A stretch of DNA of 64,000 bases, from NCBI GenBank assembly GCA_016868195.1, contig VGHQ01000004.1, positions 17,273 to 81,272 on the forward strand, read 5' to 3'. Shown here piece after piece: positions 29,453 to 38,988 of the stretch (positions within the stretch are counted from its first letter, which is position 1; the number at the start of each line of letters is the position of its first letter). The notes beneath the pieces were generated by a model that was not told the origin of the DNA, did no database searches, and saw only the letters and a list, made by a program, of their open reading frames with translations. The position numbers and the translations under genes were made by a program. Source of the stretch: Betaproteobacteria bacterium (GTDB taxonomy: Bacteria; Pseudomonadota; Gammaproteobacteria; Burkholderiales; Methylophilaceae).

Positions 29453-29465
29453 TGAAGAGTGCTAA
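29439..29465 (+). promoter_or_regulatory. CIRCE element (HrcA operator) in the rpoH promoter/leader
   Basis: CTAGCACTC-TCAAATGAA-GAGTGCTAA matches consensus TTAGCACTC-N9-GAGTGCTAA at 17/18 positions, and the 9-bp inverted repeat is perfect. Confidence 0.8.
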
Positions 29466-29508
29466 AATTACGCTAGTTAATGAAGTTTTTACAAAGGATT
29501 TTATTAAG

Positions 29509-30369
29509 ATGACTTTAGATTTAAGCTTACCTACATTAGGCTCTGTTGATAGTTACGATCGCTATATGCAATCCATTAGAGCTATCCCCTCTCTTACTGC
29601 CGAAGAAGAGATGGAACTTGGTATGCGTCTTAAAAAATCAAACGACCTTGAAGCTGCTAAAAGACTAATTCTATCTCACTTAAAGCTTGTAGTTAAAGTG
29701 GCTAAGGGATATTCTGGGTATGGACTTCCTCAATCAGACCTAGTTCAAGAAGGCAATATTGGCCTTATGAAAGCTGTAAAGCGATTTGACCCTGAAAGAG
29801 GTGTAAGGCTAGTTTCTTTTGCGATCTACTGGATTAAAGCAGAAATTCAAGAATACATCGTTAAAAATTGGCGTTTAGTTAAAACGGCGACGACAAAAGC
29901 TCAGCGTAAATTATTTTTTAATTTACGAAGTATGAAAAAAACTCTCCAGCCTCTTAAATCAGATGAAATCAATTCGATCGCTAAAGAGCTTAATGTCAAA
30001 CCCGAAGATGTTCGTGAAATGGAGTATCGTTTTAATGGTAATGAAATTTCACTAGATTATGGTTCGGAAGAATCAGAAGATGACGTCTTTAGGCCCATTG
30101 CTTATCTTAAAGATGAAACGCCAGAGCCTTCAGAACAAATGGAGATAGATCAATCTGAGGGGAATAGTTTATCCTCCCTCAGTAAAGCACTTTCATCGCT
30201 TGATAAAAGAAGCCGTCTTATCCTAGAAGAAAGATGGTTAAAAGATAAAGATGCTTCAACACTTCATGAACTTGCAGATAAACTTGGTGTATCAGCAGAA
30301 AGAATTCGACAAATCGAGCAAGCAGCAATGAAAAAAATTAAATTATTGATGTTGTCTTCCAGTCATTAA
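29509..30369 (+). CDS. rpoH: RNA polymerase sigma-32 factor RpoH
   Basis: It carries the RpoH box AQRKLFFNLRS and sigma70 regions 2-4. The ORF-track start at 29452 lies inside the CIRCE loop. The ATG at 29509 has an AAGGA Shine-Dalgarno 9-14 nt upstream and gives the typical MTLDLSLP... N-terminus. Confidence 0.92.
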   Translation: MTLDLSLPTLGSVDSYDRYMQSIRAIPSLTAEEEMELGMRLKKSNDLEAAKRLILSHLKLVVKVAKGYSGYGLPQSDLVQEGNIGLMKAVKRFDPERGVRLVSFAIYWIKAEIQEYIVKNWRLVKTATTKAQRKLFFNLRSMKKTLQPLKSDEINSIAKELNVKPEDVREMEYRFNGNEISLDYGSEESEDDVFRPIAYLKDETPEPSEQMEIDQSEGNSLSSLSKALSSLDKRSRLILEERWLKDKDASTLHELADKLGVSAERIRQIEQAAMKKIKLLMLSSSH

Positions 30370-30436
30370 TTTTTTAAATTTATCAAAAAAGCCAAAAAGA
30401 CTCCGATAATATAGTTTTTTTAGGCTTTTCCATAGA

Positions 30437-30817
30437 GTGACAATAAGTAACGCTAAAATATACCCCTTAGAAATTAAGCTGCATCAAGCATCCAAGCTAT
30501 TAGAAATTAAATTTAGCAATCTGACTGAATGTATGCTTTCCTGCGAATTTCTTCGGGTACATTCGCCATCGGCTGAAGTTAGAGGGCATGGACCAGGCCA
30601 AGAAATACTTCAAATACACAAAGAAAATGTCACTATAGAAAGTATCGAGCCAGTTGGTCAGTATGCAGTCAAATTAGTATTTTCAGATGGTCATAACACA
30701 GGCATCTATACATGGGATTATTTATATGAGCTTGCAGTGACCTATGAGGCACTCTGGGAAGAATATTTAAAAAAATTATCAAATGCTGGTATTCAAAGAA
30801 TAGAAACAGATGGCTAA
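30437..30817 (+). CDS. DUF971 (gamma-butyrobetaine hydroxylase-like N-terminal domain) protein
   Basis: 126 aa with a GTG start, LRVHSPSAEVRGHG and FSDGHNTGIYTWDYLYEL. It lies in the conserved position upstream of ubiE. Confidence 0.75.
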   Translation: MTISNAKIYPLEIKLHQASKLLEIKFSNLTECMLSCEFLRVHSPSAEVRGHGPGQEILQIHKENVTIESIEPVGQYAVKLVFSDGHNTGIYTWDYLYELAVTYEALWEEYLKKLSNAGIQRIETDG

Positions 30818-31562
30818 TAAAAAAACACATTTTGGATATAGTGAAATAGATGCATCACAAAAAGCAGATAAAGTAGCTTCTGTATTTCATTCTGTAGCAT
30901 CAAATTATGACTTAATGAATGATTTGATGTCATTTGGTATGCACCATATTTGGAAAAAATTTCTTGTGAATGTATCTAACGTCAAGAAAGATGCTCGTAT
31001 TCTAGATATTGCCGGAGGAACTGCGGATCTATCTATTCTTCTTGCTAAAAAAATTGGTGCCCAATTAACTAATTTTAAAGGTCAAATGATTCATTCAGAT
31101 ATCAATTTATCTATGTTAAATATTGGCCGTAATAAGTTAATTGATCAGGGCATTTTTATACCTTCTATCTTATGCGATGCTGAATCCCTCCCCTTTCCTG
31201 ATAATTATTTTGATTGTGTCACTATTGGTTTTGGCATTCGTAATATGACTGATAAAAAGAGAGCGCTAAAAGAAATTTATCGTGTTTTATCTCCAGGAGG
31301 AAAAATTTTAATTCTAGAATTTTCAAAAATATGGAAACCTTTACAATTTTTTTATGATCAATTTTCGTTTAAATTTTTACCAAAAATAGGCAAATTATTT
31401 GCTAAAGATGAATCAAGCTATCAGTATCTTGTTGAATCTATAAGAATGCATCCTGACCAAAAATCTTTAAAAAAAATGATGGAGGAAGAATCATTCTCTA
31501 AAGTGGAATATCTCAATTTGTCATCAGGCGTTGTCGCAATACATATGGGATATAAACTTTGA
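30810..31562 (+). CDS. ubiE: bifunctional demethylmenaquinone / 2-methoxy-6-polyprenyl-1,4-benzoquinol methyltransferase
   Basis: 250 aa with SVASNYDLMNDLMSFGMHHIWK and SAM motif ILDIAGGTADL. Confidence 0.93.
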   Translation: MANKKTHFGYSEIDASQKADKVASVFHSVASNYDLMNDLMSFGMHHIWKKFLVNVSNVKKDARILDIAGGTADLSILLAKKIGAQLTNFKGQMIHSDINLSMLNIGRNKLIDQGIFIPSILCDAESLPFPDNYFDCVTIGFGIRNMTDKKRALKEIYRVLSPGGKILILEFSKIWKPLQFFYDQFSFKFLPKIGKLFAKDESSYQYLVESIRMHPDQKSLKKMMEEESFSKVEYLNLSSGVVAIHMGYKL

Positions 31563-32119
31563 TTATCGACACTATAAAAAAAAATCTTACCAATCATTTA
31601 TTTCAACAAAATGAATGGTTAAAAAAAGACTTATCTAAACATAAATCAAAATCTATTTTATTTGTTGTTGGTCCGATTCATTATGCTTTAAGAATTACTG
31701 AAGACGGTATTCCGGAATATATAGAATATATTGATAATTATGATGCAGAAATTAAATTATCGATATCGTCAGCTCTAGAGGTTATGCGCGGTAACAAAAA
31801 AGCAAATATTGAAATTAAAGGTGATATAGATTTTGCAACAGTAATTAGTAGCGTTTTAAAAGATATTGAATGGGACTACGAAGACGATTTAAGTGAATTG
31901 ATTGGTGATATTCCGGCTTATCATCTTGTGAAACTGGGTAAAAAAGCCCTTAAAACAACAAAAGAAACATCATTCAATATCGCAGATACTTTTAAAGAGT
32001 ATTGGCTTGAAGAAAAACCACTTATTGCAAAAAAAAGATTGGTTGATCAATTCAATAAAGAAGTTGATACCTTAAGATTTGATGTTGATCGCTTCGAGCA
32101 AAGACTTAAAAAACTATGA
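31559..32119 (+). CDS. ubiJ: ubiquinone biosynthesis accessory factor UbiJ (SCP2 domain)
   Basis: 186 aa with a TTG start overlapping the ubiE stop. It is SCP2-like and sits between ubiE and ubiB. Confidence 0.7.
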   Translation: MIIDTIKKNLTNHLFQQNEWLKKDLSKHKSKSILFVVGPIHYALRITEDGIPEYIEYIDNYDAEIKLSISSALEVMRGNKKANIEIKGDIDFATVISSVLKDIEWDYEDDLSELIGDIPAYHLVKLGKKALKTTKETSFNIADTFKEYWLEEKPLIAKKRLVDQFNKEVDTLRFDVDRFEQRLKKL

Positions 32120-33660
32120 AATATATGAGGCTTTTATACATCATCTACATACTCCTTAAGTATCGCTTAGAGGAGTTTATTATATTCAACCGAAAGCTAA
32201 ATTTTCTTGCTCACTTTATTTCAATAATCTTTTTCTTTAGGCCACATAATAAAAATAGAGGAACAAGACTTAGGCTTGCGCTTGAAAATTTAGGGCCTAT
32301 CTTTGTTAAATTTGGCCAGATGTTGTCTACTAGAAGAGATCTTATTCCCATGGACATTGCGGATGAATTAGCTTTGCTCCAGGATCAAGTACCTCCTTTT
32401 CCATACAAAGATGCCGAAAAAATCATTATGAATTCGTATGACACTTCACTGGATAAGATTTTTAAATCATTTGATACAGCCCCAATAGCAAGCGCATCAG
32501 TAGCTCAAGTTCATTTCGCAACACTTCATGACGATAGGCATGTTGCTGTTAAAATATTAAGGCCTAATATTAAATCCATCATCGATAAAGATATTAAACT
32601 TTTATATCTTATTGCTCACTTGCTAGAATTAATCTGGTCTGATGGAAAGCGATTAAGACCAAGAGAAGTGGTTGCTGAATTCTATAAACATGTGCAATGC
32701 GAATTAAATCTTATGTTAGATGCAGCAAATTGCAGTCGCTTAGGTGAAAATTTCAAAGACAAAAAATTACTTATCGTGCCAGAGGTTTATTGGGATTTTT
32801 GCAATGAAGATGTGATGGTGATGGAAAGAATGCTGGGAACACCAATCAGTCATGTTGAAACACTTCGTAAGAAAAAAATTAACATCAAAGAACTTGCTCG
32901 AAATGGTGTAGAGATATTTTTTACCCAAGTATTCAGGGATAGTTTTTTTCATGCAGATATGCATCCTGGCAATATTCAAGTGGCTGATGATGGACGCTAT
33001 ATTGCTATGGATTTTGGCATTATGGGCTCTTTAAGTGAGAACGATAAGAACTATTTAGCACGTAATTTTTTAGCTTTTTTTAAGCGAGACTATCATGATG
33101 TGGCTTTGGCACATATCGAGTCTGGATGGGTCCCTAAAGATACTTCTATTGATGAATTTGAGAATGCTATTCGCTCAGTGTGTGAGCCTATATTTAATAA
33201 GCCCTTAAAGGAAATTTCATTTGGACGTCTACTTATTCGATTATTTCAAACGTCCAGACGATTTAATATGGAAATTCAGCCTCAACTAACAATGCTCCAA
33301 AAAACACTTTTAAATGTAGAAGGTCTTGGTAGAAACTTAGATCCTGATTTAGACTTATGGAAAACAGCTGCCCCATTTCTAAAGAAATATATATCGGAAC
33401 AAAAAGGTATTAAACATATTATTAAAAGCTTAAAAAATGAATTCCCTAATTGGCTTCATCTCACCCCTAAATTACCTAGACTTATTCATGAATTTCTCGA
33501 AAAAAGTAATTCACAAGATAAAAATGTAATGACAAAAGATGACTTTGAAAACTTCTTAAAGTCTCAGAAGAGTCAAGCTCGTTGGTTTAAAATTATAATC
33601 ACTTTCATTGGAATTACTATATTGATAAATTTTGTGATCTTGTTTTATTTTATAAAATAA
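32116..33660 (+). CDS. ubiB: ubiquinone biosynthesis regulatory kinase-like protein UbiB (ABC1 family)
   Basis: 514 aa with LGPIFVKFGQMLSTRRDL, ASASVAQVH, HADMHPGN and a C-terminal TM segment. Confidence 0.93.
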   Translation: MKYMRLLYIIYILLKYRLEEFIIFNRKLNFLAHFISIIFFFRPHNKNRGTRLRLALENLGPIFVKFGQMLSTRRDLIPMDIADELALLQDQVPPFPYKDAEKIIMNSYDTSLDKIFKSFDTAPIASASVAQVHFATLHDDRHVAVKILRPNIKSIIDKDIKLLYLIAHLLELIWSDGKRLRPREVVAEFYKHVQCELNLMLDAANCSRLGENFKDKKLLIVPEVYWDFCNEDVMVMERMLGTPISHVETLRKKKINIKELARNGVEIFFTQVFRDSFFHADMHPGNIQVADDGRYIAMDFGIMGSLSENDKNYLARNFLAFFKRDYHDVALAHIESGWVPKDTSIDEFENAIRSVCEPIFNKPLKEISFGRLLIRLFQTSRRFNMEIQPQLTMLQKTLLNVEGLGRNLDPDLDLWKTAAPFLKKYISEQKGIKHIIKSLKNEFPNWLHLTPKLPRLIHEFLEKSNSQDKNVMTKDDFENFLKSQKSQARWFKIIITFIGITILINFVILFYFIK

Positions 33661-33676
33661 ATTAAGGAAGCAGTAA

Positions 33677-35104
33677 TTGCTTATCTGGTTTGTATCTCTT
33701 TATCTGTTAGTTACTATTGGAATCGGTATCTTTGTTTCTTCGCGTGTTAAGAATACAAAAGATTATGCTGTTGCAGGTCGTCACCTTCCCCTTCCTATAG
33801 TCACTGCAACCGTCTTTGCTACATGGTTTGGCGCAGAAGCCATTTTTGGTGTTTCGTCTACTTTCGTTAGAGAGGGATTACATGGTATTGTAGCTGATCC
33901 CTTCGGCTCAAGTCTTTGTCTCATTATTGCTGGCTTATTTTTTTCCTCTAAATTGTATAAATTAAACATTATCACCTTAGGTGATTTCTATAGAGCAAGA
34001 TATAACAGAAGCATTGAGGTTTTAACGACCATTGCTATTGTTATTTCATACTTAGGTTGGGTCGCAGCTCAGATTAAAGCACTTGGTTTGATATTTAATT
34101 TAATTACAGATCAATTTATTAGCGAGCAAATGGGTATGATTATTGGCACTTTAATTGTGCTTACTTTCACAACATTTGGTGGTATGTTGTCTGTGGCTAT
34201 TTTAGATTTTATTCAAATGATCGTGGTTATTGGTGGGCTTCTTTATATTGCAAATGCAATTTCTCAATTAACGGGAGGTATTGCGCCTGTAATTCAAAGT
34301 GCAGCCACTAATCATAAATTAGATTTTTTTCCTAAAGGTGATATTTGGACATGGATCACTTTTTTTGGGACATGGATTACTATGATGTTAGGATCAGTTC
34401 CTCAGCAAGATGTATTTCAACGAGTTACATCTGCAAAAACTGCGAAAATTGCCTTATACGGCTCGATACTCGGAGCATTAATTTATTTCACATTCACATT
34501 TGTACCAATGTTTATTGCGTACTCGGCAACATTAATTGATTCAGAATATTTTAATGGTCTTGTAAACACAAATTCACAACACGTTTTACCAATGCTTGTA
34601 CTTAATTATATGCCTTTATTTGCACAGATAATATTTTTTGGGGCAGTTTTGTCTGCAATTATGAGCTGCTCATCTGCAACACTTTTAGCACCATCTATTA
34701 CTTTTGCGGAAAATATTATTAAAGGGTATTTTCCAGAAATTAGCGATAAACATTTACTTAAAATTATGAGAATTACACTTGTATCTTTTTCTTCTATTAT
34801 TTTACTTTATGCACTCAGCTCAAATCTTTCAATTTTTGGCATGGTTGAATCGGCTTATAAAATTACACTTGCCGGCGCATTTGTCCCGCTGGTATTTGGT
34901 GCATTTTGGAAAAAAGCAAATAGTCAAGGAGCGTTATTGGCAATCATTGGGGGAATAGGGTCTTGGTTATTTGTTGAAATTTTTCTCGGCAAACATACGC
35001 CAATACCTGCACAACTTATAGGCTTGGGTAATAGCATTATTGGAATGATTGTAGGTACTTTACTTCCAAACATCATTAAAGAAGCAGAAAAAATAAATAA
35101 TTAA
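33677..35104 (+). CDS. sodium:solute symporter (SSS) family transporter, substrate unknown
   Basis: 475 aa with a TTG start, about 12-13 predicted TM helices, and an SSS-type N-terminus (YAVAGRHLPLPIVTATVFATWFGAE). Confidence 0.8.
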   Translation: MLIWFVSLYLLVTIGIGIFVSSRVKNTKDYAVAGRHLPLPIVTATVFATWFGAEAIFGVSSTFVREGLHGIVADPFGSSLCLIIAGLFFSSKLYKLNIITLGDFYRARYNRSIEVLTTIAIVISYLGWVAAQIKALGLIFNLITDQFISEQMGMIIGTLIVLTFTTFGGMLSVAILDFIQMIVVIGGLLYIANAISQLTGGIAPVIQSAATNHKLDFFPKGDIWTWITFFGTWITMMLGSVPQQDVFQRVTSAKTAKIALYGSILGALIYFTFTFVPMFIAYSATLIDSEYFNGLVNTNSQHVLPMLVLNYMPLFAQIIFFGAVLSAIMSCSSATLLAPSITFAENIIKGYFPEISDKHLLKIMRITLVSFSSIILLYALSSNLSIFGMVESAYKITLAGAFVPLVFGAFWKKANSQGALLAIIGGIGSWLFVEIFLGKHTPIPAQLIGLGNSIIGMIVGTLLPNIIKEAEKINN

Positions 35105-35916
35105 GTTTGGCATTTAGGGCAAAAAAAACTTGATCGCTGCGCAATAATTATTGATTCAATGTTTGATCTGCATTTTCGACAGGCTTTACTTTTTCTTCCA
35201 TATACTGCATATGTTTGTTGAAAGTAACCAGACTGTCCGTTCACATTATAAAAATTTCTAAGTGAACTGCCTCCTAATTTGATAGCTTTATTTAGTGTTT
35301 CTTTAATGTATTTTACGATCTTCTTGCATTCACTTAATGTGACATCCCGAGCTGGTCTGCTTGGAAGTACCCCAGCCTTAAACAATGATTCGCTCGCATA
35401 AATATTTCCAACTCCAACAACAATATGACTATCCATAATAATATTTTTAATGGTAGTTTTTTTATTTTGTATTTTTAAAAATAAATATTTTTCAGTAAAT
35501 GACTTTTCTAGGGGCTCGGGGCCTAATTTTGATATCAAAAAATGATCATTAATATTACCCTCTAGCCAAAGTATGGAGCCAAATCTTCTTGGGTCCGTAT
35601 ATCGTAAAATATCTTTTGTATTGTAAAACTGAATATCTACATGATCGTGTTTATCAGGAGGAATATCTTTGCTTAAAATTTCAAGTCGTCCAGACATGCC
35701 TAAATGAATCATTAGATGTCCACTCTCAAATTGCATAAGAATATATTTCGCACGTCTTTTAATATTTAATATTTTTTGGTTAGGAAGTGTTCTTTTTAAA
35801 TGCGATGGAACTGGCCATCTTAGAGAGGGATTTCTTACAATAATATCTTTGATAGATTTTTTAAGTATGGGCTGAAGCCCCATACAGGTAATCTCAACCT
35901 CAGGAAGTTCTGGCAT
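35101..35916 (-). CDS. mutM: formamidopyrimidine-DNA glycosylase
   Basis: 271 aa with MPELPEVE N-terminus and a C-terminal zinc finger CRKC...CPKC. Confidence 0.95.
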   Translation of the reverse strand: MPELPEVEITCMGLQPILKKSIKDIIVRNPSLRWPVPSHLKRTLPNQKILNIKRRAKYILMQFESGHLMIHLGMSGRLEILSKDIPPDKHDHVDIQFYNTKDILRYTDPRRFGSILWLEGNINDHFLISKLGPEPLEKSFTEKYLFLKIQNKKTTIKNIIMDSHIVVGVGNIYASESLFKAGVLPSRPARDVTLSECKKIVKYIKETLNKAIKLGGSSLRNFYNVNGQSGYFQQTYAVYGRKSKACRKCRSNIESIIIAQRSSFFCPKCQT

Positions 35917-35924
35917 AAATAAAT

Positions 35925-36812
35925 TTATTTTTTAAACTGCTCAATCGGTGGATTCATCATCGTAAATCCAATATCACTGCCGAAATGATAAAGCAAACCC
36001 TCATCAATCCTAAATAGTTGAGTTTCAGGGGATTCTTGCACACGTAAAAAAGTAATTTTTTTACCATCTTCGGTACGAACATCAAAACTCTTATAAGGGA
36101 TTCTTAAATCTAATGGATATTTTTCTACTGATCTTGCAGGATTTTTAACCCAAGTCATATCAAACCATTCAGCCATATCCTCTTGTTTAAGCGAGTTACC
36201 CTCACTAGCCTTCCATTCGTTATTTCTGCGTGATATTTTTAAGCGTTTAGATTGCCATTGCTCAAGACGAGAAAAGTCGAATTCTTTAACTTGCTCTGTT
36301 CTGCTTAAAGGTGACTTATCAATAAGTTCTATAGGCTGAGTAGATGCGACCTCTGAGTATGAACCACTGATAAGATATACGTTATTGTTATACAAAAGAT
36401 ATTGATCTTCAGTGACAGAATTGTATGTGCCAAAAATAAACTCTTCTTCTGTACCCTTATGTTGAAGTTTTAATTTAACGGTAGGTTTATCTAAGCCATA
36501 TTTAGGTAGGTCATTTGATGGTAATTTCTCGCTACTAGATGTTGCCACGACAGAAATAATTTTTTGAACTGAAAATTGATCTGCACGACCTTTGATCGGT
36601 TCAAGCATATCCCAGGCCTCATTATTTTTTTTAAAAACAATAGATGCTCTAGAGGGAAAATCAATCTTCACAGTATCAAAATCACTTAAATTAAAAGTGC
36701 TGATTTCAAATTGTTTTGTTTGTTTTTTTTGTGGAGGTTTGAGAGCCAGAAAAAGAGAAATCGATAAAATGATCGAAAGCAAAATAATATTAATTAGCCA
36801 ACGATTTTTCAT
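35925..36812 (-). CDS. DUF4340-like membrane-anchored protein, last gene of the GldG-type ABC module
   Basis: 295 aa with one N-terminal TM segment and a soluble domain. It lies 14 nt downstream of the GldG-like gene. The family call is from memory of the DUF4340 pattern. Confidence 0.55.
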   Translation of the reverse strand: MKNRWLINIILLSIILSISLFLALKPPQKKQTKQFEISTFNLSDFDTVKIDFPSRASIVFKKNNEAWDMLEPIKGRADQFSVQKIISVVATSSSEKLPSNDLPKYGLDKPTVKLKLQHKGTEEEFIFGTYNSVTEDQYLLYNNNVYLISGSYSEVASTQPIELIDKSPLSRTEQVKEFDFSRLEQWQSKRLKISRRNNEWKASEGNSLKQEDMAEWFDMTWVKNPARSVEKYPLDLRIPYKSFDVRTEDGKKITFLRVQESPETQLFRIDEGLLYHFGSDIGFTMMNPPIEQFKK

Positions 36813-36826
36813 ATTTCTATTCTATT

Positions 36827-38212
36827 TTATGCTTTTCTGCGCTTAAACCAGAAAAATATGCCTAAAACAAAAATAATGATAGGAATGAAATATTGGAAGC
36901 TATGGAATACTGTCCAGGCGATCAAGACAGAAGTATTATCATTTGGAATAGTTACATTCACATCTTTTAAAGGCATAGGCTGAATAGAGATTAAATTATC
37001 ATCTCCAGACAACCAATTGATCATATTGATGCCAAGATCTAAATTACCACCTGTCGTAATAAATGTGTTGGATAAAAAATTTCCATTTCCAACTATTACA
37101 ACTCTTTGGCCTTTTTTACCATAAGTCCTTTGAAGAGCGACTGCAATATTAATGGGACCTGATTTATCTTTATTCTTATCAAAAGTTGATTGTTGATTCG
37201 CTTTTGATGATGAAGACTCTAGCCAACCATTTGGAGAAACTTCAATAAGTTTACTAACTTCCCAGCCATTGTCTAACGTGCCTTTAGCACTTACTTCATG
37301 CGCATTCGAAAAAAGCGTTCTTAGCATAAAGTTTTTAGTAATTGCATGGACACCATAAGAGGATGCAAAGGATACATTTTCATCAGCGCCTTCAACTTTT
37401 GCTGTTGGATCAACTACATGTTCATTTGAAACAGTAAGTCCAAGATATAAAGCTATCTCTTCCAAGCCATGAAAGTTATTATCATCAAGAAGCCAAAGTA
37501 AATTTCCGCCTGATTCTAGGAATTTTTTAATTTTTTTTGCTTCCACAGCTGGAATATTTTTTTGCGGGCTAGCAATTACTAACATTGAACCATTCAAAGG
37601 TACTTCTGATTCAACAGCGAGGTTAGGGTTAGCAAATTTGAAGCCCTTAGATTCTAGTTGCTTACCAAATTCGCCTAAGTCATTATTTTTTAGCCCAATT
37701 AAATTTCTTTCGCCGTGACCATCTAAATACATCACTGCTTGTTGATTAGTTCTAGATAAACGCATAAAAAGATTGGTCATCTCCTGTTCGGCAAAAGGAG
37801 GATTGATGTGCTCGGATCTTTTTTGATATTCGACTACAACTTCACCATCTACCTTAATTCCCTTTTCTTGCGCTAATTTTGGCTCTTCTATAGGGCTAAT
37901 AAATTTAATGTTGATATCAGGCTTGGTTCTCTGATACCTGGTCATAAAATTAATAATACCTTGCCTAAATGTATCTCCATTATTGACATCATCTTTAGAT
38001 GCAAACACGGTTAGTGAAATTGGTCCTTTCATTTGCTTAAGGACATTGATGCTTCCAGTAGTGAGGGTATTGCGATTAGCCTGTGTAATATCTTTTGAAT
38101 ATTTATATTGATTTGCAAGAAACCCCAAAAGAAATACTAAAACTATAAATAGAACAACAAAAAAACTATTCTGAATGAGAATTTGTAATCTTAATTTTGA
38201 ATTAATTTTCAT
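36827..38212 (-). CDS. GldG-like ABC-transporter auxiliary protein (ABC-type uncharacterized transport system)
   Basis: 461 aa with N- and C-terminal TM anchors flanking a large periplasmic domain. It follows an ABC-2 permease. Confidence 0.7.
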   Translation of the reverse strand: MKINSKLRLQILIQNSFFVVLFIVLVFLLGFLANQYKYSKDITQANRNTLTTGSINVLKQMKGPISLTVFASKDDVNNGDTFRQGIINFMTRYQRTKPDINIKFISPIEEPKLAQEKGIKVDGEVVVEYQKRSEHINPPFAEQEMTNLFMRLSRTNQQAVMYLDGHGERNLIGLKNNDLGEFGKQLESKGFKFANPNLAVESEVPLNGSMLVIASPQKNIPAVEAKKIKKFLESGGNLLWLLDDNNFHGLEEIALYLGLTVSNEHVVDPTAKVEGADENVSFASSYGVHAITKNFMLRTLFSNAHEVSAKGTLDNGWEVSKLIEVSPNGWLESSSSKANQQSTFDKNKDKSGPINIAVALQRTYGKKGQRVVIVGNGNFLSNTFITTGGNLDLGINMINWLSGDDNLISIQPMPLKDVNVTIPNDNTSVLIAWTVFHSFQYFIPIIIFVLGIFFWFKRRKA

Positions 38213-38218
38213 AGATAT

Positions 38219-38965
38219 TTATCCACGAAGCCTGTCAGCATCGAGACGTCTGATTGTTAATGTTAAAAATGTTGATATAAATAAAAAGAAATACATTAAA
38301 TCTGAGCTATCAATAAGGCCCCTTGAAAAGCTTTGAAAATGCTTCATAAGTGATAAATAAGCAAACCAATGATTAGGATCGCTGGCAAAAAAACGTTCCA
38401 TAATCATTAATGCAAAAAGCGAAATGAAACTTAAAATTGCAGCAATAATAGGCTGTTGAGTTAAGCTTGAAAAATAAATCCCGAGCGCTGAAAAACTTGC
38501 TACAAGCAACCAAAGGCCTATCGAGTTTGCAATGAGATAACCAAAATCTATATCAGCCCAAATATTAAGTGTTGTGAGCATAAGAAAAATATAAAGAACA
38601 AGAATGCTTAAAAAAACAATTAAGCCAACAAATTTTCCCAGAACTATTTCAGTCAGTGAAATGGGTGCGCTGAACAGAAATGGTAAGGTTTGACTGCGTC
38701 TTTCTTCGCTAATAAGTCGCATGGTGAGAAGAGGAACTGCAAAAAGCATAATAAAAGAAGCAATACTATAAACTGTTTGCCCAACAAATATAGAGACGCC
38801 CACACGCTCAGCAGGGCGAATCGCACCCGACATTACTTCAAAGTAATTGTTAACTCCCGTAAGGTAATAACTTCCAAATGCCATCATAAGTAGCGCGAGA
38901 ATAATCCATCCCATCGGGGACGCAAACAAGCTTTTAAGTTCTTTTCTTGCAATATTTAAAATCAT
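38219..38965 (-). CDS. ABC-2 type permease (GldF-like)
   Basis: 248 aa with six hydrophobic segments, placed between the ATPase and the GldG-like gene. Confidence 0.75.
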   Translation of the reverse strand: MILNIARKELKSLFASPMGWIILALLMMAFGSYYLTGVNNYFEVMSGAIRPAERVGVSIFVGQTVYSIASFIMLFAVPLLTMRLISEERRSQTLPFLFSAPISLTEIVLGKFVGLIVFLSILVLYIFLMLTTLNIWADIDFGYLIANSIGLWLLVASFSALGIYFSSLTQQPIIAAILSFISLFALMIMERFFASDPNHWFAYLSLMKHFQSFSRGLIDSSDLMYFFLFISTFLTLTIRRLDADRLRG

Positions 38966-38988
38966 TTTTAGTTGCCACTCATAAGTAT

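Noticed and set aside
29452-29508. ORF-track N-terminal extension of rpoH (MKSAKITLVNEVFTKDFIK)
   Set aside because: Its ATG lies in the loop of the CIRCE element and upstream of the likely TSS. The downstream ATG 29509 has a Shine-Dalgarno and gives a canonical RpoH N-terminus.
30370-30436. Possible terminator after rpoH (AAAAGCC ... GGCTTTT)
   Set aside because: The 7-bp arms are separated by a loop of about 29 nt, so it is not a credible intrinsic terminator.
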